The translations under genes and the position numbers were made by a program. 64,000 nt of DNA from Porticoccaceae bacterium (GTDB lineage: Bacteria; Pseudomonadota; Gammaproteobacteria; Pseudomonadales; Porticoccaceae). The notes below the pieces were generated by a model. It searched no databases. It was not told where the DNA came from and saw only the letters and a program-made list of their open reading frames with translations. The stretch lies in assembly GCA_964231105.1 (NCBI GenBank), contig CAXRJI010000034.1, positions 30,235-94,234 of the forward strand. The letters are read 5' to 3'. Below are positions 53,096 to 62,516 of the stretch, piece by piece. Position 1 is the first letter of the stretch. Every line of letters begins with the position of its first letter.

Positions 53096-53221
53096 ATGAT
53101 ACGTCACTGCATACTTTTTCTATCAATTCTATTTGTTTGCGGGCTTATCAGCTGCGGCAACACTGGCGAACTCTATCTACCTAATGATGCACCAGTAACT
53201 GACAACTCTGACTCCAAATAA
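53096..53221 (+). CDS. lptM: LptM/YifL/LppL small lipoprotein (missed by the ORF track)
   Basis: MIRHCILFLSILFVCGLISCGNTGELYLPNDAPVTDNSDSK*, 41 aa; lipobox then CG..G.LYLP; SD GAGG; canonical position upstream of lysA. Confidence 0.88.
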   Translation: MIRHCILFLSILFVCGLISCGNTGELYLPNDAPVTDNSDSK

Positions 53222-53223
53222 TT

Positions 53224-54480
53224 ATGCATAACACTATTTCTCTGCGCGGCAACCAACATTTTATGGAGGATGTCCCACTTACCACAATTGCGCAGCAATT
53301 TGGGACGCCGTGTTACGCCTACAGCAAAAAGGCTATTAGCGACAATTTTTTGACCTACCAAAGTACACTTAAATCAAGAGACCATCTTATTTGTTATGCG
53401 GTAAAAGCTAACTCAAACATTGCTATCTTACAGCTCCTTGCCAACCTTGGTGCTGGTTTTGATATTGTCTCTAGGGGTGAACTGGAGCGTGTCTTAATGG
53501 CTGGTGGAGATCCCCAAAAAGTTGTCTATTCAGGGGTAGCTAAAACTGCTGAGGATATGCGGCGGGCATTAGAGGTTGGCATACATTGTTTTAATGTGGA
53601 GTCAGAATCAGAGTTAGCACTTCTGAATAAAACTGCTGCTGAAAAAAATAAAATTGCACCAGTGTCCCTGCGGGTAAATCCCGATGTTGATGCCAAAACT
53701 CACCCTTATATTTCCACAGGTCTTAAGGAAAATAAATTTGGTATTGAGATCGATAGAGCGCTCGAAGTATATAAACAAGCCGCACAGATGACACATATTT
53801 CTGTGGTTGGCGTTGACTGTCACATTGGCTCACAGCTAACCGATATCAGTCCATTTGTCGAAGCTATGCAACACCTACTTGTGCTGATTGATCAGTTGAG
53901 TGACTGTGGTATTGAGTTACAACATATTGATATTGGCGGTGGTCTGGGTGTTTGCTATCAGGATGAGGTAGTGCCCACATTGAATACCTATATGGCCTCT
54001 TTGCTGCCTTTACTGCAAGATCGTCATCACACCCTGATTATGGAGCCCGGACGCTCAATTGTGGCCAATGCTGGAGTATTACTAACACAGGTACAGGTAA
54101 TAAAAAGTAATGGCGACAAAAACTTTGCCATAGTCGATGCAGCGATGAATGATATGTTGCGGCCTGCGCTCTATAATGCTTGGATGGCACTTAGCCCGAC
54201 TGATAACAGGTCAGATATAACTACAACAAGCTATGATGTGGTTGGCCCGGTGTGTGAAACAGGTGACTTCCTCGGTAAAGATCGTACACTGGCTATTACT
54301 GAGGGAGATTATTTGTTTTTATCCTCAGCGGGTGCCTATGGTTTTACTATGAGTTCTAATTACAATAGCCGCCCAAAGGTAGCGGAAGTAATGGTTGATG
54401 CTGATCAACTGTATTTGATTAGATCTCGAGAGACCATTGAAGATCTGGTCAGAGGTGAACAGCTTATTGCAGAGTTATAG
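53224..54480 (+). CDS. lysA: Diaminopimelate decarboxylase
   Basis: YAVKANSN (PLP Lys), STGLKENKFG, HIGSQ, EPGRS, GP.CETGD, AGAYG..MSSNYN. Confidence 0.97.
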   Translation: MHNTISLRGNQHFMEDVPLTTIAQQFGTPCYAYSKKAISDNFLTYQSTLKSRDHLICYAVKANSNIAILQLLANLGAGFDIVSRGELERVLMAGGDPQKVVYSGVAKTAEDMRRALEVGIHCFNVESESELALLNKTAAEKNKIAPVSLRVNPDVDAKTHPYISTGLKENKFGIEIDRALEVYKQAAQMTHISVVGVDCHIGSQLTDISPFVEAMQHLLVLIDQLSDCGIELQHIDIGGGLGVCYQDEVVPTLNTYMASLLPLLQDRHHTLIMEPGRSIVANAGVLLTQVQVIKSNGDKNFAIVDAAMNDMLRPALYNAWMALSPTDNRSDITTTSYDVVGPVCETGDFLGKDRTLAITEGDYLFLSSAGAYGFTMSSNYNSRPKVAEVMVDADQLYLIRSRETIEDLVRGEQLIAEL

Positions 54481-54494
54481 GGGAGCTCTCAAGG

Positions 54495-55322
54495 ATGCCG
54501 TTAAAATTTACAAAAATGCACGGCCTAGGTAATGATTTTGTTTTAATCGATGCGGTGAAACAAAATATCGTGGTCACCTCGCAACTGGCAAAACGTCTGG
54601 GAGATCGACACTTAGGCATAGGTTGTGATCAGATATTGGTATTAGAACCTCCCTCCACCAAACATGTAGATTTTGATTATCGAATATTTAACGCGGACGG
54701 TACTGAGGTCGAGCAGTGCGGCAATGGTGCGCGCTGTCTGGGGCGCTATATATTTGATCAGCGTCTGTCAGGAAAGAAGTCGTTACTGTTAAAAACTCAA
54801 AACCGTGTGATGGAGATCCAGTCTAGACCAAATAGGCTGATCAGCGTCAATATGTCTGCACCCCTTTTTGAGCCTGCAGAAATTCCATTTCATGCAGATG
54901 GTCAACAAATACTCTACTCCATTGAGGCTGATAAAACGCTGAATTTATCGGCTTTATCTATGGGAAATCCCCACGCAGTGATTCAAGTGGAGGATATAAA
55001 TACAGCACCAGTGGAAACAGTGGGTCGACAATTGCAACAGCATGCGAGTTTTCCCGAGAGTGTTAATGTAGGATTTATGCAAATTATTGATCGACAGCGT
55101 ATTAGACTGCGGGTTTTTGAACGTGGTGTGGGAGAAACTCAGGCTTGTGGGTCTGGTGCCTGTGCTGCTGCTGTAGCAGCTATACAACAAAATCTAGTAG
55201 ATAATCTTATAAGCGTCGAATTGACAGGCGGTGAACTACAAATTGAATGGCGTGGCGATGAGCAGCCAGTCATTATGACCGGACCCGCAGTCACTGTGTT
55301 CCAAGGACAAATTAAATTATGA
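54495..55322 (+). CDS. dapF: Diaminopimelate epimerase
   Basis: FTKMHGLGNDF, EQCGNGARC, MGNPH, ERGVGETQACGSGA. Confidence 0.97.
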   Translation: MPLKFTKMHGLGNDFVLIDAVKQNIVVTSQLAKRLGDRHLGIGCDQILVLEPPSTKHVDFDYRIFNADGTEVEQCGNGARCLGRYIFDQRLSGKKSLLLKTQNRVMEIQSRPNRLISVNMSAPLFEPAEIPFHADGQQILYSIEADKTLNLSALSMGNPHAVIQVEDINTAPVETVGRQLQQHASFPESVNVGFMQIIDRQRIRLRVFERGVGETQACGSGACAAAVAAIQQNLVDNLISVELTGGELQIEWRGDEQPVIMTGPAVTVFQGQIKL

Positions 55323-56008
55323 CTAAAGAACCTATAGATAATCTTCCCTCAAAGGACGAAGTCAGAAAATACCTACAGGAAAATCCAAACTTTTTGGAGG
55401 AAAACCCTGATATCCTCGAACATCTTACTATTTCTCATAAAAGTGGAAAGGCTGTATCTCTTGTCGAGCGTCAGCTTGAGGTAATGCGTGATCGCAATAA
55501 GGAAATGGGTCGCCGTGTCGATCAAATGGTGACATCGGCTAATGATAATTCGCAACTATTTGAGAAAACCAATCGTCTTGTAATGGGGCTGGTAAAAGCT
55601 ACCAGTTTGGCGCAGCTTGTTGATGCTCTCCAGCATAGTCTTGATAAAGATTTTTTGACACAAACCTACAGCCTTACTTTAATTAATGATGGGCATTTAA
55701 AGCCACAAACGGGGGTTAACCTTGTCTCCAGAGAGGATGCTGAGCGAGAAATAGGCACCATAATGTCAACTGCGGGCGCAGTAAGTGGCGTAATTCGCGA
55801 TGAAGAAATTACTTTTCTTTTTGGTAGCAACAAATCAAAGGTTGGGTCTGTTGTGACCCTTCCATTGACCACTGGTAAGAATATATTTGGTATTCTTGCT
55901 ATAGGCAATAAAGACCCTCAATACTATTCTCGTGATACCGGTACCTTGTTTATCAGTTATATTGGTGAACTGTTAGATGAACTGCTGCCCAGACATCTAA
56001 ACCAGTAA
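55319..56008 (+). CDS. DUF484 (YigA) family protein
   Basis: YL..NP.F, AVSLVERQ...R.RN, GTLF; follows dapF. Confidence 0.88.
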   Translation: MTKEPIDNLPSKDEVRKYLQENPNFLEENPDILEHLTISHKSGKAVSLVERQLEVMRDRNKEMGRRVDQMVTSANDNSQLFEKTNRLVMGLVKATSLAQLVDALQHSLDKDFLTQTYSLTLINDGHLKPQTGVNLVSREDAEREIGTIMSTAGAVSGVIRDEEITFLFGSNKSKVGSVVTLPLTTGKNIFGILAIGNKDPQYYSRDTGTLFISYIGELLDELLPRHLNQ

Positions 56009-56026
56009 AAGATTTCGCCAAGGGTA

Positions 56027-58438
56027 TTATCTTGATCTTTTCTTTTTGGCTTTTTTGCGTCTAGTAGGGGATTTTCCCGGCGCAACTTTTTTACCCCTAG
56101 CGCTACCTCGGACGCCTTTAGGTTTTGTTTTTGCTTTGCCTCCCTTTGTACTCTCCCTAGGCTTTTTAACTTTGGCTGCCCTACTCTTTGGATCCTTGGG
56201 GTCGGTTTTTTCTACTAATTCAAAATCAATCTTTCGCTCTTCGAGGTTTACACGCGCCACCTTCACTAACAAACGTTGGCCCAATCTGTAAATGCGGCCA
56301 GTGCGCTCTCCAACCATTCGCTGCTGAGAAGCTTCATGGTAGTAATAATCCTTGGGAAGACCAGTTACATGAATCAGCCCCTCGACACGCAACTCATCCA
56401 ACATCACAAAGAGACCAAACCCCGTAACCGCACTGACAACACCTAGATATTCCTCCCCCACTCTATCCATTAGATATTCACACTTAAGCCAGTTAACAAC
56501 GTCTCTTGTTGCCTCATCAGCTCGGCGCTCAGTCAATGATAGATGTTGACCAATCTCTCCCAATGCGGGTAGCTGATAGGGATATATAGAGTCTTTTTTA
56601 TCAACCTTGTTAACCTTAGCGCGTTTAATATGAGCTATTTTTTTCTTACTTCTAATTAGACTGCGTATGGCTCTGTGGGCAAGTAAATCAGAGTAGCGAC
56701 GAATAGGTGAGGTGAAGTGTGTATAGGACTCAAATGCCAAACCAAAATGCCCTAAATTTTCTGGCTGATAAACAGCCTGACTCATTGATCGCAATAGAAC
56801 TGACTGAATGATATTGGCGTCTTCTCTTTTTTGCGTGGCCCTAAGCACTTGTTGATAGTGCGCAGGTTCTGGATCATCTCCGCCTCCCAAGGCTATACCA
56901 AGCTCACCCAAAAATTCTCTTACAGAAGTTAAACGCTCCTCACTTGGCCCCTCATGCACCCTGTAGAGCCCAGGTAATTTATAGTGATCAAAGAACCTAG
57001 CACAGCACTGGTTAGCACATAACATACACTCTTCAATAAGACGGTGTGCATCATTTCTTTCAACAGGAATTATTTGATCAATTTTTCGCTGAGCATCAAA
57101 TAGGATGCGTGTTTCTTGACTGTCAAACTCTATAGCACCTCGACCGGCTCGACGCTTTTGCAATTGTTGTGAAAGCGCCTGAAGGGCATCAACTTGTGGA
57201 GTTATATGGGCAAATTGCTTTCTGATGCCAGAATTATTTGCCTTAGATGTTTCTGCTATGATCTGGGCTACTTGAGTATAGGTCATGCGAGCATGGGAGT
57301 GCATGATAGCCTCATAAAACTGAAAATGACCAATCTCTCCGCTGTCACTAATTTGCATTTCACAGACCATACAAAAACGGTCCTCTTGGGGATTCAGCGA
57401 GCAAAGTCCATTGGAGAGTTTTTCTGGCAACATTGGCACTACATGATTGGGAAAATATACGGAATTACCACGTGCACTCGCTTCTTTGTCTAGTGGAGAG
57501 TCAACATTGACATAGTGAGACACATCAGCAATAGCAACAATCAGTGTCCAGCCACCTTTTGATTGCGGCTCGCAATAGACAGCATCATCAAAATCTCTGG
57601 CGTCCTCGCCATCAATTGTTATAAGAGGCACCGACCTTAAATCAATGCGATAATCTGTTGCCTTGACCTCGGTACTTATACCTTCAGTTTGAGATTTGAC
57701 CTCATCGGACCAGACAAAGGGAATCGCGTAGTTGCGAATGGCTACATCAATTTCTATACCGGGCTCTAGGTGATCACCAAGCACCTCTGTTATGCGACCC
57801 ACAGGTAAGTTGTTTCGTGTAGGTGGCTCGAGAATATCCACCACCACAATTTGACCGGGATCAACTGAACTGATGGCTTCTCCGGAAATCACAATATCTT
57901 GACTGATACGGGGGTTGTCAGGTCTGACAAAGTTAATACCACTTTCGCGAAAATAACGTCCTACCAATTGTGAAGTGTTTCGCTCAACAACGTCTACTAA
58001 CGTACCCTCGGGGCGACCGCGGCGATCCCAACCGGTAATGCGAACCAAAACAATATCACCATCAAAAACTCGTCTCATTTGAGCACTGGAAAGGTAGATA
58101 TCATCTCCATTCGATCCCAACGGAGACACAAAACCGTAACCTTCGGAATGACCAATCACACGACCCTTTACTAAATTAAGTCTATCTAAAGTGCCATATC
58201 CTCCTTTACGATTACTTGCCAACTGACCATCCCTTTCCATAGCTATAAGACGACGTCTCATTGCTTCAATCCGTTGGTCGTCATGCAAATCTAGGCCAAC
58301 ACAAATCTCTTTGTGAGTCAGGGGACCGACACTTTGCTCAAGATAGTCAAGAATAAATTCCCGACTGGGAACAGGATTTTCATATCGAGTTGCTTCGTTA
58401 TCAGAGAATGAATCTTTGAAATGTTTGGATTTGCTCAT
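56027..58438 (-). CDS. rnr: Ribonuclease R
   Basis: Y.NP.PSRE HTH, CSD GH..GYGF, RNB TIDGEDARDFDDA, HFTSPIRRY.DL, S1 domain, basic C-terminal tail. Confidence 0.97.
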   Translation of the reverse strand: MSKSKHFKDSFSDNEATRYENPVPSREFILDYLEQSVGPLTHKEICVGLDLHDDQRIEAMRRRLIAMERDGQLASNRKGGYGTLDRLNLVKGRVIGHSEGYGFVSPLGSNGDDIYLSSAQMRRVFDGDIVLVRITGWDRRGRPEGTLVDVVERNTSQLVGRYFRESGINFVRPDNPRISQDIVISGEAISSVDPGQIVVVDILEPPTRNNLPVGRITEVLGDHLEPGIEIDVAIRNYAIPFVWSDEVKSQTEGISTEVKATDYRIDLRSVPLITIDGEDARDFDDAVYCEPQSKGGWTLIVAIADVSHYVNVDSPLDKEASARGNSVYFPNHVVPMLPEKLSNGLCSLNPQEDRFCMVCEMQISDSGEIGHFQFYEAIMHSHARMTYTQVAQIIAETSKANNSGIRKQFAHITPQVDALQALSQQLQKRRAGRGAIEFDSQETRILFDAQRKIDQIIPVERNDAHRLIEECMLCANQCCARFFDHYKLPGLYRVHEGPSEERLTSVREFLGELGIALGGGDDPEPAHYQQVLRATQKREDANIIQSVLLRSMSQAVYQPENLGHFGLAFESYTHFTSPIRRYSDLLAHRAIRSLIRSKKKIAHIKRAKVNKVDKKDSIYPYQLPALGEIGQHLSLTERRADEATRDVVNWLKCEYLMDRVGEEYLGVVSAVTGFGLFVMLDELRVEGLIHVTGLPKDYYYHEASQQRMVGERTGRIYRLGQRLLVKVARVNLEERKIDFELVEKTDPKDPKSRAAKVKKPRESTKGGKAKTKPKGVRGSARGKKVAPGKSPTRRKKAKKKRSR

Positions 58439-58555
58439 TAATACCCAACCGGTTTTTTAACAGTCTATGATGGATTAACCTATGAGAAAAGGAATTATTT
58501 TTATATGTAGTGGTGTTTTACAAATAGTGGTGGTTGCGCAAAAAGGATGACGTAT

Positions 58556-58581
58556 AAAAAAGCCTCGCTTACGCGAGGCTT
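58556..58581 (-). terminator. Intrinsic terminator (minus strand)
   Basis: Minus strand AAGCCTCGC-GTAA-GCGAGGCTT followed by a T run. Confidence 0.88.
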
Positions 58582-58592
58582 AAATGAGGAGG

Positions 58593-58781
58593 GTACAAAA
58601 AGATCGACCAGAGCCATCCATGGCGCATAGCGACTACCTTGTCGCTCTAGTGAAATGGAGGGCTCTTATGTTAATACTTGAATGACCGAGGTGTTTCTCA
58701 AGTCTAGCTTAGAACTACCATTTCTTTACTAGTTAAGATCCTTTTGAAAGCTTCCTACTTTCAGGTCGATCTTGGGTGTAC
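58593..58781 (-). ncRNA. Unannotated structured element: candidate Csr/Rsm-type sRNA or MITE/REP-like repeat
   Basis: Closing stem AAGATCGACC/GGTCGATCTT (58600-58609 with 58764-58773). Internal hairpins TGAAAG-TAGGAAG-CTTTCA, GCCA-TGGA-TGGC, AGCGAC-AAGGTA-GTCGCT and ACTTGA...TCAAGT; terminator directly downstream. Confidence 0.45.
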
Positions 58782-58795
58782 TTTAACGAAGTCTA

Positions 58796-58813
58796 TGTAA
58801 GAAAAAAATTACA
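58796..58813. promoter_or_regulatory. GacA/UvrY-box-like palindrome
   Basis: TGTAAG-AAAAAA-ATTACA, 11/12 match to TGTAAG-N6-CTTACA. Confidence 0.5.
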
Positions 58814-58849
58814 CTGACGCATTAATCCAAAAGTATTAGTTGTCAGATT

Positions 58850-61087
58850 TTACTGACTAAAGATGGCAGACTTCTCGATATGCTTACGAATATCATTCAA
58901 CTTTTTTTGTGTTTGTTTGGTATCTAAACGCTTTTGTTGCTCACTTAAGTCGACGACCAAACTTCTTAATTCCGACATACCGTAGAGACCTGAGAGCCCC
59001 AATAAATCATGGATAATTTCTCTCACATCATTTTTATCACTTTGAAGTGATGACTCTAGTCGATCTAGGTTATCTATAAGCGCCTTTTTTAATTCCTGCT
59101 TGGGAAGCACATTACCCAGTAGACCACCACTGGATAATTGGGTGGCAGAGGGTTTTCGATTGATGGCATCTAATATTGCATAAATCAACTGTAATTCATC
59201 AATGGGCTTCAAAAGCACCTTAATAGCTCCAGCTGCAATCATTTTTTGTTGCTCTGATTCCATAATATCTGCAGTTAAACCGATAATTGGCGGGCTATCT
59301 TTGCTGTTCTTAACAATGGTCTCTGAAGCAACAATACCGTCAATCTCTGGCATGTGCATATCCATTAACACCACATCAACCTCAGGATTTTTAGCCATAT
59401 CAATAGCCTCGCGCCCTGTTTGTGAAATGGCACAGGAAGCTCCATAGCCACTGAGTAATTTAAGCAACAGCTCCTGATTAAATGGATTGTCTTCTGCAAC
59501 TAAAATTGATACGCCAGACAGAACCTCTTGTGGTGAAGGGAAGTGATCCTTTATCCGCTCTAGAGTGGGTACTGTGTCGGGTTCAGCGAATTGACAAGTA
59601 AAGGTAAAGGTGGAGCCCACATCGACCTTACTACTGACACTTATTTCACCCCCCATAGCCTTTACTAAACTTTTTGATATTGAAAGTCCCAAACCGCTAC
59701 CGCCAAATCGACGACTAATAGAACTGTCTTCTTGGGTAAAGGCATGAAACAGCATGTCGATTTTCTCTTTGGCAATTCCTTTGCCAGTATCGGTAACAGA
59801 GAACTCTAACTTTAGTGACTTATCTTTTTCGCCTATAAACTTTATATTGGTTCGAACACCACCTTTTTCAGTGAACTTGATCGCATTACTAAATAAATTT
59901 GTAAGTACCTGTGCCAGACGCGCGGCATCACCGCTGACATACTCAGGGACATCCTCTTCTATGGTAACTTCATATGTCAGGCCCTTATCGCTTGCCTGCC
60001 TTGAGAAAACGGTTGTGGTGTCGTTAATCAATGACACCAAATTGAAGGTTTTATTATTGAGGGTAAAGCCACGCACATTGGCTTTTGAAAAATCGAGAAT
60101 ATCATCAATCACTGTGAGCAGTACGTCTGAGCACCTATAAATCATTCGTATATGTTTGCGACGCTCGGACTCATCTGTTTCCTTTGAGAGCAAATCTGTA
60201 AAACCCATCACCGCTGTAAGCGGCGTGCGAAGTTCATGGCTCATGCGCGCCAAAAACTGATCTTTGGTCTCCATCGCCTCTTCCAAATCTACTAATGTTA
60301 CCTGTAGCTGTGAGGTGGCGCGCTCAATCTCACTTTCCATACGTACTTTAGATTCGCGTACATTAGTAGCTAAGCTATTAATGCCTAGGACTAGCTTATC
60401 CAGCTCATAAAGTCCCGTTTGATCGGCCACAGATTCAAGATTTCCACCTTCCATCTCTTCAACAACTTGAGTCAGTGACTGCAGTGGGCGAGAGATATAA
60501 CGGCCGATTCTAACTGACAACCAAAAGGCTACTAGCAGTGCCAACAGGATAACGCCGAGCGTTGCCAAAATCATATAGGCACGCTTTTCTTTAAGATATT
60601 TATCCGTAATCTGCAGTAATACCCATCCTATGGGCTGGGGCTGAGGATCAAAAATATTCTCCTCTTTTTGAGATACAGTGTGATCAATAACATCAGAAAA
60701 AAAATACCAATTGTTATCTAAGTAGAACGGTGAACCATTATTAAAATCGATAGGCAACTGGGTTATATCGGTATCAAAATTACCCATTCGGACTAATTCA
60801 CCCTTTTGATAACTGGCAAAAAGTACACCTGTTACGCTTGGTGCCTCAAGTGCGGTGTCGCCCAATATTTTTAGCATCTCTTGATCGCCGGCACTCAGAG
60901 GGGATTCTGCGTAGGATGCTGTCTGAGCAACAGCCGTTTTGCCTCTTTCAGTGAGGTTATGCTGCAACTCTGAGGACTGAGTTGAAATCATGTAATAACC
61001 CAAAGCAATACTGAGTAAGCTTAGGGGTACCAAACTGATAAGGAGCAGTTTTTGATGAATACTGTTTGGCGCATTTATTGATTTCAT
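58850..61087 (-). CDS. GacS/BarA-like hybrid sensor histidine kinase (TM-periplasmic-TM, HAMP, HisKA, HATPase, REC, probable HPt)
   Basis: N-terminus with the GacS pattern (KLLLISLVP..L....LGYY......ELQ..L.ERG); FLARMSHELRTPL, NLFSNAIKFT, DTGKGI, GGSGLGL, VVLMDMHMP..DG; HPt-like IIHDLLG; ATG 61087 preferred. Confidence 0.82.
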   Translation of the reverse strand: MKSINAPNSIHQKLLLISLVPLSLLSIALGYYMISTQSSELQHNLTERGKTAVAQTASYAESPLSAGDQEMLKILGDTALEAPSVTGVLFASYQKGELVRMGNFDTDITQLPIDFNNGSPFYLDNNWYFFSDVIDHTVSQKEENIFDPQPQPIGWVLLQITDKYLKEKRAYMILATLGVILLALLVAFWLSVRIGRYISRPLQSLTQVVEEMEGGNLESVADQTGLYELDKLVLGINSLATNVRESKVRMESEIERATSQLQVTLVDLEEAMETKDQFLARMSHELRTPLTAVMGFTDLLSKETDESERRKHIRMIYRCSDVLLTVIDDILDFSKANVRGFTLNNKTFNLVSLINDTTTVFSRQASDKGLTYEVTIEEDVPEYVSGDAARLAQVLTNLFSNAIKFTEKGGVRTNIKFIGEKDKSLKLEFSVTDTGKGIAKEKIDMLFHAFTQEDSSISRRFGGSGLGLSISKSLVKAMGGEISVSSKVDVGSTFTFTCQFAEPDTVPTLERIKDHFPSPQEVLSGVSILVAEDNPFNQELLLKLLSGYGASCAISQTGREAIDMAKNPEVDVVLMDMHMPEIDGIVASETIVKNSKDSPPIIGLTADIMESEQQKMIAAGAIKVLLKPIDELQLIYAILDAINRKPSATQLSSGGLLGNVLPKQELKKALIDNLDRLESSLQSDKNDVREIIHDLLGLSGLYGMSELRSLVVDLSEQQKRLDTKQTQKKLNDIRKHIEKSAIFSQ

Positions 61088-61214
61088 AACGTCATCAATT
61101 CCTTTTTCAACACGATGGCTGAGTCTATTCCAATCTTTTACCACTCCAAGCTAGCCCAAAAGGTTTGTTATGGCTATTTGAATCCAGAAATCCCTTTTGT
61201 ACTGAAATCAAACT

Positions 61215-61871
61215 TTACGAATTTAACAATCCTAGTTTTTGACCTAATATGCCAGCCTGTGTCCGATTAGCCAACCCAAGGGCACGCAACATCGCACTGA
61301 CATGAACCTTCACGGTATTTTCAGAAAGATCTAACTCACGCGCAATATGCTTATTTGAGCATCCACGGCTTATACAACGCAAAATATCCATCTGACGTTC
61401 AGTGATCAATTCAGAAATAATTTCGATATTAACCCCCGAATCCACCTCATCTATCACCTTAGCTACTTCTGGCATTGACTCAATAAGATACTTTGGTACG
61501 TATTGCTCACCATCAATAGCCTTAAGAATTGCCTCAAATAGGGACTCTTTGGGCGCTGACTTAGTCACAAAGCCAGTTACGCCAAGTTCCAGACATTTCC
61601 TTATATGGGTTGCATTTTCTGACGCGGAGAGAACGACTAGTGGTAGATCAGGATAACGCTCTCGAAGAAGACTAATAAAATTAAAGCCTCCTGAGCCACC
61701 AGGCATAAACAAATCCAGAATCATCAGATCGAACTTATGATCTGATAGGATGGAAAGGGCCTCATCACAATTTACTGTGGATTTAACTTCCAATTCGTCA
61801 AATTCTTCACTTAAGGTTGCCTTTAGACCCTCACAGACGAAAGCATGATCATCAACAATTAGTATGTTCAT
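61215..61871 (-). CDS. NarL/LuxR-family response regulator
   Basis: ILIVDDH, ILDLFMPG (phospho-Asp), GFVTK, TERQ.DIL....G.SNK.IAREL.LSE.TVKVHVS. Confidence 0.92.
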   Translation of the reverse strand: MNILIVDDHAFVCEGLKATLSEEFDELEVKSTVNCDEALSILSDHKFDLMILDLFMPGGSGGFNFISLLRERYPDLPLVVLSASENATHIRKCLELGVTGFVTKSAPKESLFEAILKAIDGEQYVPKYLIESMPEVAKVIDEVDSGVNIEIISELITERQMDILRCISRGCSNKHIARELDLSENTVKVHVSAMLRALGLANRTQAGILGQKLGLLNS

Positions 61872-62044
61872 CTACCTTTTCCTTACATGGCTGAGACATG
61901 TGATTTCCCTATCAAACTTTACATTTCCTTCTCAATCCGTACTCAGTTGAACTACCTTGGATAAGACCATTTGAGAATAACAGAATCAAAAGCTGTCTGC
62001 ACCTGCAGAGCTTAACTTAAAAAGGGCGTTTTGTTACATACATT

Positions 62045-62070
62045 AAAAAGGCGACCTTATTGGTCGCCTT
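62045..62070 (-). terminator. Terminator of the rpsP-rimM-trmD-rplS operon
   Basis: AAGGCGACC-ttatt-GGTCGCCTT with a T run on the minus strand. Confidence 0.85.
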
Positions 62071-62086
62071 ATTAAAAACTAGAGAA

Positions 62087-62446
62087 TTAATTCTCCAACT
62101 TCTCTTTGATTCGCGCTGATCTTCCAGAACGCTCGCGCAGATAGTAGAGCTTAGCTCGACGCACAGCACCACGTCTTTTTACCGTAATACTATCCACTAA
62201 AGGGCTGTAAGTTTGGAATGTACGCTCAACGCCAATGCCATTGGAAATTTTACGTACAGTAAAAGATGAATTTAGCTGACGGTTACGCTTACCTAGAACT
62301 ACGCCTTCAAATGCCTGTAAACGCTCTCTGTTTCCCTCTTTTACTTTCACTTTAACCACAATGGTATCACCGGGGCTAAAATCAGGAATCTCTTTGTTCA
62401 TTTGCTCTTTTTCAAGAGCCTCGATAATAGGTGTCTTACTGGTCAT
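62087..62446 (-). CDS. rplS: 50S ribosomal protein L19
   Basis: [42 protein letters not shown]. Confidence 0.98.
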   Translation of the reverse strand: MTSKTPIIEALEKEQMNKEIPDFSPGDTIVVKVKVKEGNRERLQAFEGVVLGKRNRQLNSSFTVRKISNGIGVERTFQTYSPLVDSITVKRRGAVRRAKLYYLRERSGRSARIKEKLEN

Positions 62447-62516
62447 GTTTTGCTCCTCAATTTACATTGGTTGGTGGCATGCCACCTGTTTTAGAGCTCT
62501 GTACAGAGAGGATGGC

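Noticed and set aside
56046-56427. Plus-strand ORFs at the rnr 3' end
   Set aside because: Antisense shadows of the Lys/Arg-rich tail of RNase R.
58593-58781. 6S RNA identity (similar length, closed ends)
   Set aside because: The interior forms separate local hairpins rather than one long rod, and the zapA/ygfA context is absent; an Rfam scan would settle it.
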